Positions 17,038 through 25,678 of a stretch of 27,537 nucleotides of DNA are shown here, piece by piece. The first letter of the stretch is position 1; every line of letters starts with the position of its first letter. This stretch comes from Fimbriimonadales bacterium. GTDB lineage: Bacteria > Armatimonadota > Fimbriimonadia > Fimbriimonadales > JABRVX01. A program made the translations under genes and the position numbers. Where the stretch lies: contig BTVI01000040.1 of NCBI GenBank assembly GCA_045862955.1, forward strand, positions 1 through 27,537, written 5' to 3'. The notes beneath the pieces were generated by a model. The model searched no databases. It was not told the origin of the DNA and saw only the letters and a program-made list of their open reading frames with translations.

Positions 17038-18412
17038 TTGCAGAGGGTGGGTCACGGGGAAGGAGGCACCGTACCCAGGGTGTCCCAAACCGTCATGCTG
17101 AGCTTGTCGAAGCATGACGGCATCTGCCGCGATGGTGGTATCCGAGGCCGGTAGCGTGCGGTGTTCGGGGTCATGCTTCGACAGGCTCAGCATGACGTCT
17201 GGCTCAGCATGACGGTTGTGGATGGACTGCAGGCGCTCTATGCCCCGGCCCGCGTCCGCCGGCTAGCGGCTGTCGACGGCTTGCCTCGGACCTACGGACC
17301 GCGCCGGGGCAGGGTCGGGGGCGGCTGCGGGGTCATGCTTCGACAGGCTCAGCATGACGTCGGGCTCGCCGTGAGGTCGGGCTCACCATGACGTCAGGGC
17401 TTAGCGTGACGACGGGCTCACCATGACGGTTCCCGACTGACGCATCGTGTGGCAGAGGGTGGGTCACCAGGAAGGAGGCACCGTACCGAGGGCGTCGGAA
17501 GCCGTCATGCTGAGCTTGTCGAAGCATGACGGCACCCGCCGCGATGGTAGTATCCGAGGTCGGTAGCGCGCGGTGTTCGGGGTCATGCTTCGACAGGCTC
17601 ACCATGACGTCTAGCTCACCATGACGACAGGGCTTGGCGTGACGTCGGGCTCACCATGGCGGTTTGCCACTGACGCATCCTCTTGAAGGGGCAGGGTCAC
17701 TGGGAAGGACGCACCGCACCCAGGGCGTCGGAAGCCGTCATGCTGAGCTTGTGGAAGCATGACGGCACGTGCCGCGATGGTAGTATCCGAGGTCGGTAGC
17801 GCGCGGTGTTCGGGGTCATGCTTCGACAGGCTCAGCATGACGGCACTTGCCGCGATGGTAGTATTCGAGGTCGGTACCGTGCGGTGTTCGGGTTCATGCT
17901 TCGACAGGCTCAGCATGACGGCACTTGCCGCGATGGTGGTATCCGAGGCCAGTAGCGTGCGGTGTTCGGGGTCATGCTTCGACAGGCTCAGCATGACGTA
18001 GAGGTTCAGCATGACGTCTAAATCACCATGAGGTCAGGCTTAGCGTGACGCCTAGCCCACCATGAGGTCAGGCTCACCATGACGGTTCCCGACTGACGCA
18101 TCGTGTGGCAGAGCGTGGGTCACCGGGAAGGAGGCACCGTACCGAGGGCATCCCAAACCGTCATGCTGAGCTTGTCGAAGCATGACGGCATCTGCCGCGA
18201 TGGTAGTATTCGAGGTCGGTAGCGTGCGGTGTTCGGGGTCATGCTTCGACAGGCTCAGCATGACGTCTAGATCACCACGAGGTCAGGGTCATGCTTCGAC
18301 AGGCTCAGCATGACGTAGAGGCTCAGCATGACGTAGAGGCTCACCATTGGGTCAGGGCTCAGCATGGCGGTTTGCCACTGACCCACCCTCTCGCAGGGGT
18401 GGCAGAGGGATC
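17038..18412. repeat. REP/BIME-like mosaic array 2
   Basis: 12 copies of the 27-nt palindrome: forward at 17092, 17504, 17737, 18160; reverse at 17170, 17332, 17582, 17815, 17893, 17971, 18238, 18288. 78-nt periodicity; linkers shared with array 1. Confidence 0.94.
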
Positions 18413-19141
18413 TCGTGCGGTCGCCGCCTGGTATTCGGACAGCACCTCGCTCGTGGGACCGTCTAGCCGGAGGCGGCCGGAGTCCAGCCAGAGCGTGCGC
18501 GGGGCGGTCTTGGACACTGCATCCAGGTCGTGGGAGACGAACAGGATCGTCTTTCCCTGCCGCTGAAACTCCGCGATCTTCGCGTAGCATTTCGCCTGAA
18601 ACTCCAGGTCCCCGACCGCGAGCACCTCGTCCACCAGCAGGATGTCCGCGTCCACGTGCGTCGCCACCGCGAAGCCAAGCCGCATCAGCATCCCAGAGGA
18701 GTAGGTGCGGATGGGTGCGTCAATGTACTCGTGTAGGTCGGCAAAAGCTACGATCTCGTCCAGCCGTGCCGCCACCTCACGCCGGGTCAGGCCCAGGATG
18801 ACGCCATTGAAGAACACGTTTTCTACACCGGTCAGGTCGGGGTGGAAGCCCGCGCCCAGCTCCAGCAGCGGGGCCACCCTCCCGCTCACCGCGATGCGCC
18901 CCGACGTCGGCCGGTACACCCGAGCTACGATGCCGAGCAGCGTGCTCTTGCCGGCGCCGTTCTTTCCTACTACGGCAACCGTCTCTCCGGCCTCGATGCT
19001 CAAATCGAGGGCATCCAGAGCTCGGACCTTCTCTCGCCGCCGCGGCAAGAAGGAAAGCAGCAGTCCCTTCAGCGAGCCGTATGCCTGGTGGGTTACGACG
19101 AAGTCCTTGCACAGCCCTTCGGCATGGATGGCGAGGCTCAT
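18359..19141 (-). CDS. wzt: ABC transporter ATP-binding protein, Wzt/TagH type
   Basis: GKNGAGKST Walker A, LLELGAGFHPDLTGVEN, YSSGMLMRLGFA signature, ILLVDEVLAVGD, FVSHD. ATG 19141 overlaps the wzm stop (ATGA). Confidence 0.92.
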   Translation of the reverse strand: MSLAIHAEGLCKDFVVTHQAYGSLKGLLLSFLPRRREKVRALDALDLSIEAGETVAVVGKNGAGKSTLLGIVARVYRPTSGRIAVSGRVAPLLELGAGFHPDLTGVENVFFNGVILGLTRREVAARLDEIVAFADLHEYIDAPIRTYSSGMLMRLGFAVATHVDADILLVDEVLAVGDLEFQAKCYAKIAEFQRQGKTILFVSHDLDAVSKTAPRTLWLDSGRLRLDGPTSEVLSEYQAATARDPSATPARGWVSGKPPC

Positions 19142-20010
19142 GGGCGCTCCACGAACTCCCACTTGCGTCGGTTGAAGTAGGCGTAACCTCCCACCAGCGC
19201 CACCACCGAGACGCCCACCGCACTCGCCAGCAACCCGCCCTCCAAAGGTAGCGCCTCGAAGCTGTCGGTGCCGCGAACCGAGCGCATCTGTACGCCCTGC
19301 TCGGGCAGCAGCACCTTTCGGTAGGCTGTAAGGTACATCGCCACCGGGTTGAGGTGATATGCGACGTACACCGCCCGCCGATGCTCCGGCGCGATGAGCT
19401 GCGAGTTGGCCACGTTCTCGCTGAAGTAGATGACGGGGCACAAGAAGAAGAGCAGGTACAGCACCACTCCGAGAATGTACTTCACGTCCTCGTAGAAGGT
19501 GTTCAGGGCCGAGACGAACAGCGCCAGACCCGCCGCGAGTGCCCCGTGGCCCAGGATCAGCGGGAAGACCCAGAGCGCCTTCCATGAGAACGGACTAATC
19601 TGCGGGTTCAGTAGCCACACGACCAGCAGGTAGCAGAAGAACACGAAGAGTGCGAGAAGGAAGTGCACCAGGTTCGCGCACACGGCGGTGAGGGGCAGGA
19701 TCTCGCGCGGGAAGTACACCTTCCGGATTACCGGCATGTTCAGCAGAATGCACTGCGACGAGTCCATCAAGGTCATCTGAAAGAACACCCACGGCAGGTA
19801 AGCGGCCAGCAGGTAGGCGGAATAGTTGGGGTTGGAAAACCCCATGATGTGCTTGAACACCACCGTCATCACCAGAACGGTGGCAAGCGGATTCAGCAGC
19901 GACCAGAAGAAGCCGAGCGCCGAGTTCTTATACCGGACCCTCAGGTCCCTAAGAACATAGGTCAGAAGTAGCTCTCGGTATCGCCAGAGTTCTCTTAGTT
20001 CAGCCCACAT
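19138..20010 (-). CDS. wzm: ABC-2 type polysaccharide export permease, Wzm/TagG type
   Basis: RDLRVRYKNSALGFFWSLLNPL, KVYFPREILP, LNP motif, six hydrophobic segments. Confidence 0.92.
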   Translation of the reverse strand: MWAELRELWRYRELLLTYVLRDLRVRYKNSALGFFWSLLNPLATVLVMTVVFKHIMGFSNPNYSAYLLAAYLPWVFFQMTLMDSSQCILLNMPVIRKVYFPREILPLTAVCANLVHFLLALFVFFCYLLVVWLLNPQISPFSWKALWVFPLILGHGALAAGLALFVSALNTFYEDVKYILGVVLYLLFFLCPVIYFSENVANSQLIAPEHRRAVYVAYHLNPVAMYLTAYRKVLLPEQGVQMRSVRGTDSFEALPLEGGLLASAVGVSVVALVGGYAYFNRRKWEFVERP

Positions 20011-20206
20011 CTTGGCGGAGTCTGCGATCGGAGCGTGCTGGCACCAGCAGCCCGAGCAACTCCCTTCTCGGGATCAGAACCCGCCGTCTGCCCGCCACGC
20101 GATAGGCCGACAGAGCGCCTTGCCGGATGTAGGATCGGATGCTCGACTGACTCAACTGCAAGAACTGAGCGGCCTGTGCGACCGTCAGAAACTCGTCCTG
20201 TTCCAT
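20000..20206 (-). CDS. Excisionase-like helix-turn-helix DNA-binding protein (HTH_17)
   Basis: EFLTVAQAAQFLQLSQSSIRSYIRQGALSAYRVAGRRRVLIPRREL. GGAGTGG RBS before ATG 20206. Confidence 0.85.
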   Translation of the reverse strand: MEQDEFLTVAQAAQFLQLSQSSIRSYIRQGALSAYRVAGRRRVLIPRRELLGLLVPARSDRRLRQDVG

Positions 20207-20247
20207 GTTGTGGACCACTCCCAAAGAAGCACCGAAAAAGCATCAGT

Positions 20248-20276
20248 ATGATAGTCCAAAACTCAGGGATTGTCAA
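20248..20276 (-). promoter_or_regulatory. Sigma70 promoter TTGACA-17-TATCAT for HTH-wzm-wzt
   Basis: Minus strand reads TTGACA ATCCCTGAGTTTTGGAC TATCAT. Confidence 0.82.
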
Positions 20277-20318
20277 CAAGCGCTCCCGCGCATCAGCGCC
20301 AATCAGCTTGCGCCAGGT

Positions 20319-21449
20319 TCAACGAGCCGCAGACGTTTTTCCACCTGGCCGCGGGGCGAGCGCGCAGAGGTCGGCCACCAGCCGCCCTAGAATGTCCGCG
20401 GTCGAGACGCCGCTCCCCATGCCTTTCAGCGCGGCGTCGGCTTCGGCGATGCGTTCCAAAGCCCAGCCAATGCGATCATAGGTGAGGCCTCGGGCAAGCC
20501 GGGCGTACTTCGCCGCCACGCTCTGACTGCGCACTGCGAGCGCCCCGAGGTTCTGCTCACGTGGGAGCAGAGGGTCGCTCGCGTGATCGCCCCATCGCTC
20601 CACTGGCACCTTTCGATCCAGCAACGTCCTCGCCTGCCACAGAAGCCGGTATTGTCGGCTGAGCTGAGGCAGCACGCTCTGCATCGCAGCCTCTTCCGGC
20701 TTGGAGCGGGAGGCGAGCAGCACGTCCAGGTGTCCGAGCGCCGCGCCCAAGTCGCCATCGGTCACGCTGTCCGCGAAAGCAAATATCTGTGCCTGCCGCT
20801 TCTCGGTTACGAGTGCTCGCACGTCCTCGTCCGAGATGTCGGCGCCCTCGGAGGCATACTCGATCAGCTTGTCGAGCTGCGCCCTGGCCTCGGCGAAGTC
20901 TTGGTTGCACAGACGCCACAGCAGGTCGGCGGCGCGTCCCGGCAGCTTCACTCCTCGCTCGGCGGCGAGCTCGATCAGGCGCTGACGCCCCTGGGAGGCT
21001 TCCGGCGGCGAGCAGTCCACCACCACGCCCTTCTTCTCGACTGCACCGACGAGGGCTTTCTCTGCGGCGGATGATCGTTCAGCCGCGCGCGTGTCCGTCA
21101 CCGGGTCGGGGTCCATGCACACCACCACACAGGCGTGCGGCGGGATGTCGGCAAGCACCTTGGCCAACTTCGTCGCCTCATCGCTCGTCAGGCGCGAGGC
21201 CCTTCGGACGACGACGGTGCGAGCCGGCGAGAAGAAGGCGGGGGTTGCGATGGACGCGGCCACCCGCGCTGCAACCCCGGAATCCGCATCCAGGCGCTCG
21301 ATGTCGGCGGCGTCTTCGGCTCCGGCGGCCGTGCGGAGCACGTCGCGCAAGGCCCGGAGCACCGCCACACTGTCCGCTCCGATGAGCAGATAGCAGGGCT
21401 TTAGCGCGTCCGACTCGGGGCGAAAGCGGCTGGCAACGATTTTGGGCAC
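20319..21449 (-). CDS. holA: DNA polymerase III subunit delta
   Basis: LKPCYLLIGAD, TPAFFSPARTVVV, QLDKLIEYA..ISDEDV, IFAFADSV, IAEADAALKG. Confidence 0.88.
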   Translation of the reverse strand: MPKIVASRFRPESDALKPCYLLIGADSVAVLRALRDVLRTAAGAEDAADIERLDADSGVAARVAASIATPAFFSPARTVVVRRASRLTSDEATKLAKVLADIPPHACVVVCMDPDPVTDTRAAERSSAAEKALVGAVEKKGVVVDCSPPEASQGRQRLIELAAERGVKLPGRAADLLWRLCNQDFAEARAQLDKLIEYASEGADISDEDVRALVTEKRQAQIFAFADSVTDGDLGAALGHLDVLLASRSKPEEAAMQSVLPQLSRQYRLLWQARTLLDRKVPVERWGDHASDPLLPREQNLGALAVRSQSVAAKYARLARGLTYDRIGWALERIAEADAALKGMGSGVSTADILGRLVADLCALAPRPGGKTSAAR

Positions 21450-23453
21450 CTAGCTGCTCCCCTTTTGCAGGGACCGCATCTGCCGCAGCCACTCCTCGAC
21501 ACGAAGCCTCAGCTCGGGAAGAACGCTCTCCGGTCCGGCCCGTCCGAAGAGCCCGGTGTTTACTCCCTTCACCACGGCTGCCGCGAGAGGCACGAGCGAT
21601 GGAGGTAGGTGCGGCTCGATACTGCGGAGATGCTCTATGGGCGTCAGGTGAAGGTCTCTACTGCTGGGGAGCCCCAACCGACGCAAGCTCCTGAGAAACC
21701 GGGCGTATTGCCTTCCGATTGCGCTCCTCGCGTCGGGCACTCGACTCGCTCGTAGGCGTGCTAGCCACAGCGACAACAGGATGTAGGCCGCAATCAATCC
21801 GATTGCGACATCGAGGACAACCGACCACCAGGGAGATTGCCAGAACTCCTGATCGGCAGCAGTCGCGGCCACCGGCCCAGCCTCTTCGTCCAGGTTGCGT
21901 GCACCTTCCGTGGCATCGAAGATGACCCACCCGACTCCTTCGAACAACACCTCGGTCCACAGGTGCAGGTGCTTTTCGCGCACCACGTAGGTGCCCGTCT
22001 TGCGGTCGAAATCACCCGGCGCGTATCCGCTCACCACGCGCGCAGGAAGCCCCAGCTCGCGGCAAAGTACTGCGAGCGCGGACGCGAACGAGTCGCAGTA
22101 GCCCTTCTTTCGCTCGAAAAGGAACTCGCTCACTCGGTCGGTGCGCGAGTTCAGCGGAGCGTCCTGAAGCGTGTAGCTGCAGGTGCGCGCGATGTAGTCC
22201 CGCAGCATCCGAACGCGTTGGTAATCGTTCCGCGCCCGCGCCGTGACCCGAGCGGCAAGTGCCCGAAGTTCGGGCGAGCGGGTCTCGGGGAGCTGCACAT
22301 ATCGCAGTGTGTAGCGCCGTCGGTCGGCGACTGCGTTCCGCAGGGGCCCCTCGGGAGGCACGGCCGAGCGTGCTCGATACCGATCACCGGCAAGCATGTC
22401 TCGATTCGGGCGGACGAAGTCTCGGAAGGCGACGAACAGCACGGGGGAGTCGATCTCGACCTCGGTCGGTTCGCCGGCCAGGTACAGCATCGCGTGGACG
22501 CCACGGGTCACCTCGACCTCGTAGGCGATCTCCTCTCGGGCTAGAGAGTCGCCCAAGCGAAAACCGAGTCTCAGGTCGAACACCCCGGAGCCGAGAGGGA
22601 AGACGGTCTGAGGCCCCATCGTGGCCGAGCGCCAACCTATCCCGTTGTAGTCGTAGAAGGCCCTCTCGCGAAGATAGAGCGGTCGATCGGCAGTTACCCG
22701 AAGCACCTGCAGGTCCGTACTCGAATGGCCGCCGACTCCGATCTCGAGTTCCGCGGCGTCGCCGGGGGTAGGGAGGGTCACGCGTTGCCTCGGTCCGGGC
22801 CCGATGAACAACCGCGCCGGCACCAGCTTCTCGACGCCGAGTCCGACCAATGGAGCCAGCACGAAGGCCACGCCCGCCACCACCGCCGTACCGGTCAGTG
22901 CGTATACGGGGCCTGCGGCAACGGAGCGGTGCACCCGGCCGGCTCCGATGGTGCGAAGGTGAGAGCGCGATAGCGCGAAGACCGCACCGGCAAGGAAGAT
23001 GAGGAATAAGAGCGGGAGCCAGGCAGCGTCGGAATAGGTAGCGGCGATGCCGAGGAGTGCCATGGAAGGCACCGCCTGAAACAGCAAGTCGCCATCCGTA
23101 ACCATCACGAAGCTGCGCAGCACCAACAGCCATACGACGCGTGCTCCGACCGCGAGGTGAACCGCTGCGAAATCCGACAGTTCGGCACCTATGGGATTGG
23201 GCGCAATCCACCCGACGGCACCGAGAACGCCGCACACGTAGGGACCGAAAAAAAGGAGGTCAGCCGCCGCACCTGCCATTCGTAGCACCAGGCTGACCAA
23301 GCACGCCACGCCGAGCACGCCGGCCATGCGCAGTCCCTCTCCCGGAGCTTCGAGCGCGGCGTGCAGGGCCAGCATCGCCGCCGCCATAAACACCCACGCG
23401 GCAAGGTAGTCGGGCAAGCGTGATAGCGTGCTTCTAACGGCCTCGCTTCTCAT
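21450..23453 (-). CDS. DUF3488 / transglutaminase-like membrane protein (TgpA-like)
   Basis: Multi-TM N-terminus. FLFERKKGYCDSFASALAVL, PARVVSGY, HLHLWTEV and GWVIFDAT supply the Cys-His-Asp triad. Confidence 0.9.
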   Translation of the reverse strand: MRSEAVRSTLSRLPDYLAAWVFMAAAMLALHAALEAPGEGLRMAGVLGVACLVSLVLRMAGAAADLLFFGPYVCGVLGAVGWIAPNPIGAELSDFAAVHLAVGARVVWLLVLRSFVMVTDGDLLFQAVPSMALLGIAATYSDAAWLPLLFLIFLAGAVFALSRSHLRTIGAGRVHRSVAAGPVYALTGTAVVAGVAFVLAPLVGLGVEKLVPARLFIGPGPRQRVTLPTPGDAAELEIGVGGHSSTDLQVLRVTADRPLYLRERAFYDYNGIGWRSATMGPQTVFPLGSGVFDLRLGFRLGDSLAREEIAYEVEVTRGVHAMLYLAGEPTEVEIDSPVLFVAFRDFVRPNRDMLAGDRYRARSAVPPEGPLRNAVADRRRYTLRYVQLPETRSPELRALAARVTARARNDYQRVRMLRDYIARTCSYTLQDAPLNSRTDRVSEFLFERKKGYCDSFASALAVLCRELGLPARVVSGYAPGDFDRKTGTYVVREKHLHLWTEVLFEGVGWVIFDATEGARNLDEEAGPVAATAADQEFWQSPWWSVVLDVAIGLIAAYILLSLWLARLRASRVPDARSAIGRQYARFLRSLRRLGLPSSRDLHLTPIEHLRSIEPHLPPSLVPLAAAVVKGVNTGLFGRAGPESVLPELRLRVEEWLRQMRSLQKGSS

Positions 23454-24613
23454 GCTGCCGCCTCGCTGCTAGACGGCGGCACTTCGATTACCACCGCACC
23501 GAGTCGCCTTATGGCGTCGGCCCGATCCCCGCGGTCGCCGTGACGTCTGTAGAGGTACACGATCACACGTGCCCCTCCGAAGCGCTGCACGCAGGAGATG
23601 GCTCCCCCCGCATCGGCGGTGAATAGATACACAGCGTTGTCGGGACCGAGGTTGGGTCGCTCGCGCTGCACGAAGGTAGCTAGGTCGGTGTTGCTGTCCT
23701 CGATCCCCCCCAGGCTTTCCAGAATGCGCCGGTAGTGCCGCTTCCCTCGACGCATCTCGGTGCAGCGGCCGGTGATCCCCTGACCGATGAGGCGGACCGC
23801 TGCGCCCACCGCGAGCAGCTCGCGTGCGACGAATGCGGCGTTGCGGATCGCATGCTCCAGCGCCGCATCGGGCCCTCGCAACCCCGCAGGTACATGGGTG
23901 TCGCAAAGGATCGTCATGTCGGACAGTCCGCCGGCTTCGAACTGCTTCACTAGGAGCGTCCGATGTCGCGCACTCGACCTCCAGTGAACGTGCCGCAGGC
24001 TGTCGCCAGAACGGTACTCGCGCACGCCGCGCGGCTCGATGCCGCCACCCTCGGCTAACCCCGACTCGCTGTCTTCGGAGCTCCATCCGGAAACCGCGCG
24101 CAGGTCGAGAGGCACGGGCTCCGGCTTGGGGAGCACCAACAAGGCGTCACTCGGCGGCCCGAACGTACGCTCACGCCAAGAGATGCCGAGCGAATCGCCC
24201 GCATACACGCAGATGTCTTGCGGTGCGTAACGACCCCTGCGAATGGGGACGAAGCTGTATTCGATCTCCGTGGAACCCTGTGCCGGTGGGCAGAACGGTG
24301 GCGGCGAGATCACGTCTCGCATCCAGTCCGTGGAGGCGTACCTCTCTTCCAGCAACAGCCAAGGAGCACCGAGCCGGGAGCGGTTGGCCACCTCGAAACG
24401 CACCGATACCGTATCTCCCACGGTTGCCTCGGCCGGGCACCACCTTCGGATGTCGAGCCCCCGGAGTGCCAGAGACGCCTGCACGCGACCGGCAAACAAC
24501 AGCAGAATGAATGTCGTGGCCATGTAAAACAGCACCGGCTGTTGAACCACCATCGCAACCAGAAGCAAGCAGGTGGCGGCCACGGTGAGCGCGGAGACGA
24601 CGTACGTGCGCAC
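23450..24613 (-). CDS. DUF58 domain protein
   Basis: N-terminal TMs, RRGRY, VREYRSGDSLRHVHWRSSARHRTLLVKQFE. Confidence 0.92.
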   Translation of the reverse strand: MRTYVVSALTVAATCLLLVAMVVQQPVLFYMATTFILLLFAGRVQASLALRGLDIRRWCPAEATVGDTVSVRFEVANRSRLGAPWLLLEERYASTDWMRDVISPPPFCPPAQGSTEIEYSFVPIRRGRYAPQDICVYAGDSLGISWRERTFGPPSDALLVLPKPEPVPLDLRAVSGWSSEDSESGLAEGGGIEPRGVREYRSGDSLRHVHWRSSARHRTLLVKQFEAGGLSDMTILCDTHVPAGLRGPDAALEHAIRNAAFVARELLAVGAAVRLIGQGITGRCTEMRRGKRHYRRILESLGGIEDSNTDLATFVQRERPNLGPDNAVYLFTADAGGAISCVQRFGGARVIVYLYRRHGDRGDRADAIRRLGAVVIEVPPSSSEAAA

Positions 24614-24619
24614 TGCTTC

Positions 24620-25570
24620 CTACCTCGTCGGAACCGGTACGGGCACGCGGCTTAGAATGGACTGGACGATGCCGGGTCCGCTGTCTGCCCTGCCGCGCAC
24701 CTCGCTGCGGCCGATTAGCCGGTGTGGCAGCACCTGGAGTGCGACCCGCTTTACGTCGTCCGGCGTCGCATAGTCGCGCCCGGCGATGGCGGCCGCTGCC
24801 TGTGCCGAGCGCATCAACAGCAGCGAGCCCCGGGGGCTCGCACCGAGCAACAGCCCCGACTCTTCTCGCGTGGCTCGAACCACTTCCACGATGTAGTCCT
24901 TAAGGCTGTCGTCCACGAACACCTCGCGAACGTCGTCCTGCAGCTCCACCATCTCTTCGGGCGTCAACACCGAGCGAACGTCGTCCAGAGGCGACCGGAG
25001 TTGCTGGCTGATGAGGATGCCCTTCTCGTGTTCCTTGTCCGGGTAACCCAAGCTGAGGCGCGCGAGGAACCGGTCCATCTGCGCTTCGGGCAGAGGATAG
25101 GTGCCGGTCATCTCCACGTTGTTCTGTGTCGCGATGACGAAGAAGGGGCGGGGTAGGTGGTATAGGGTGCCGTCCACCGTGACTTGCCTCTCCTCCATCG
25201 CTTCCAGCAGGCTGGATTGCGTCTTGGGTGTGGCGCGATTGATTTCGTCGGCAAGCACGATGTTGGCGAAGATCGGGCCAGGACGGAACTCGAACTCCAC
25301 CGTCTTCTGGTTGAACAGCGAGCTCCCGGTCACGTCCGCGGGCAGTAGGTCGGGGGTGAACTGAACGCGCCGATAGGTGCCGCCGATGGCGCGAGCGAGG
25401 GCCTTCGCGAGGGTGGTCTTGCCGACGCCGGGCACGTCTTCGAGCAGGATGTGCCCGTCGGCCAGCAGGGCGATGATCGCAGCCTCGATGGTCTCCGGCT
25501 TGCCGAGAATCGCCTTGCCGACCTCGGCCGCGACCTCTCGTGCCTTTGTAGAAACGGTTTCCGGACTCAC
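24620..25570 (-). CDS. moxR: MoxR family AAA+ ATPase
   Basis: GHILLEDVPGVGKT, RVQFTPDLLPADVTG, LADEINRATPKTQSSLLEAM, ATQN, YPLPEAQMDRF, GASPR. AGGAG before GTG 25570. Confidence 0.95.
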   Translation of the reverse strand: MSPETVSTKAREVAAEVGKAILGKPETIEAAIIALLADGHILLEDVPGVGKTTLAKALARAIGGTYRRVQFTPDLLPADVTGSSLFNQKTVEFEFRPGPIFANIVLADEINRATPKTQSSLLEAMEERQVTVDGTLYHLPRPFFVIATQNNVEMTGTYPLPEAQMDRFLARLSLGYPDKEHEKGILISQQLRSPLDDVRSVLTPEEMVELQDDVREVFVDDSLKDYIVEVVRATREESGLLLGASPRGSLLLMRSAQAAAAIAGRDYATPDDVKRVALQVLPHRLIGRSEVRGRADSGPGIVQSILSRVPVPVPTR

Positions 25571-25678
25571 ACGCACTCCTCGGTTTCGAGTGTAGCCGAT
25601 CCGACGGACCCATCGGACTGCCCTCGGAATCGGACCCATGGGCAGGATTCGAGGCCTCGGACGCAAGATACATACGTC

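Noticed and set aside
17611..18012. Repeat-peptide ORFs (VMLSLSKHD / VMLRQAQHD; also 471-812, 17161-18590, 26962-27427)
   Set aside because: These are translations of the palindromic repeat. The 78- and 57-nt periods keep frames open, but the 17- and 494-nt periods do not, equivalent ORFs arise on both strands, and no RBS is evident.
17092..18314. CRISPR array interpretation of the 27-nt repeats
   Set aside because: Repeats occur in both orientations, spacers are copies of each other rather than unique, spacing is irregular, and no cas gene or AT-rich leader is present.
20000..20206. Prophage or ICE inferred from the excisionase-like gene
   Set aside because: No integrase, structural or conjugation genes, and the gene overlaps the start of wzm.
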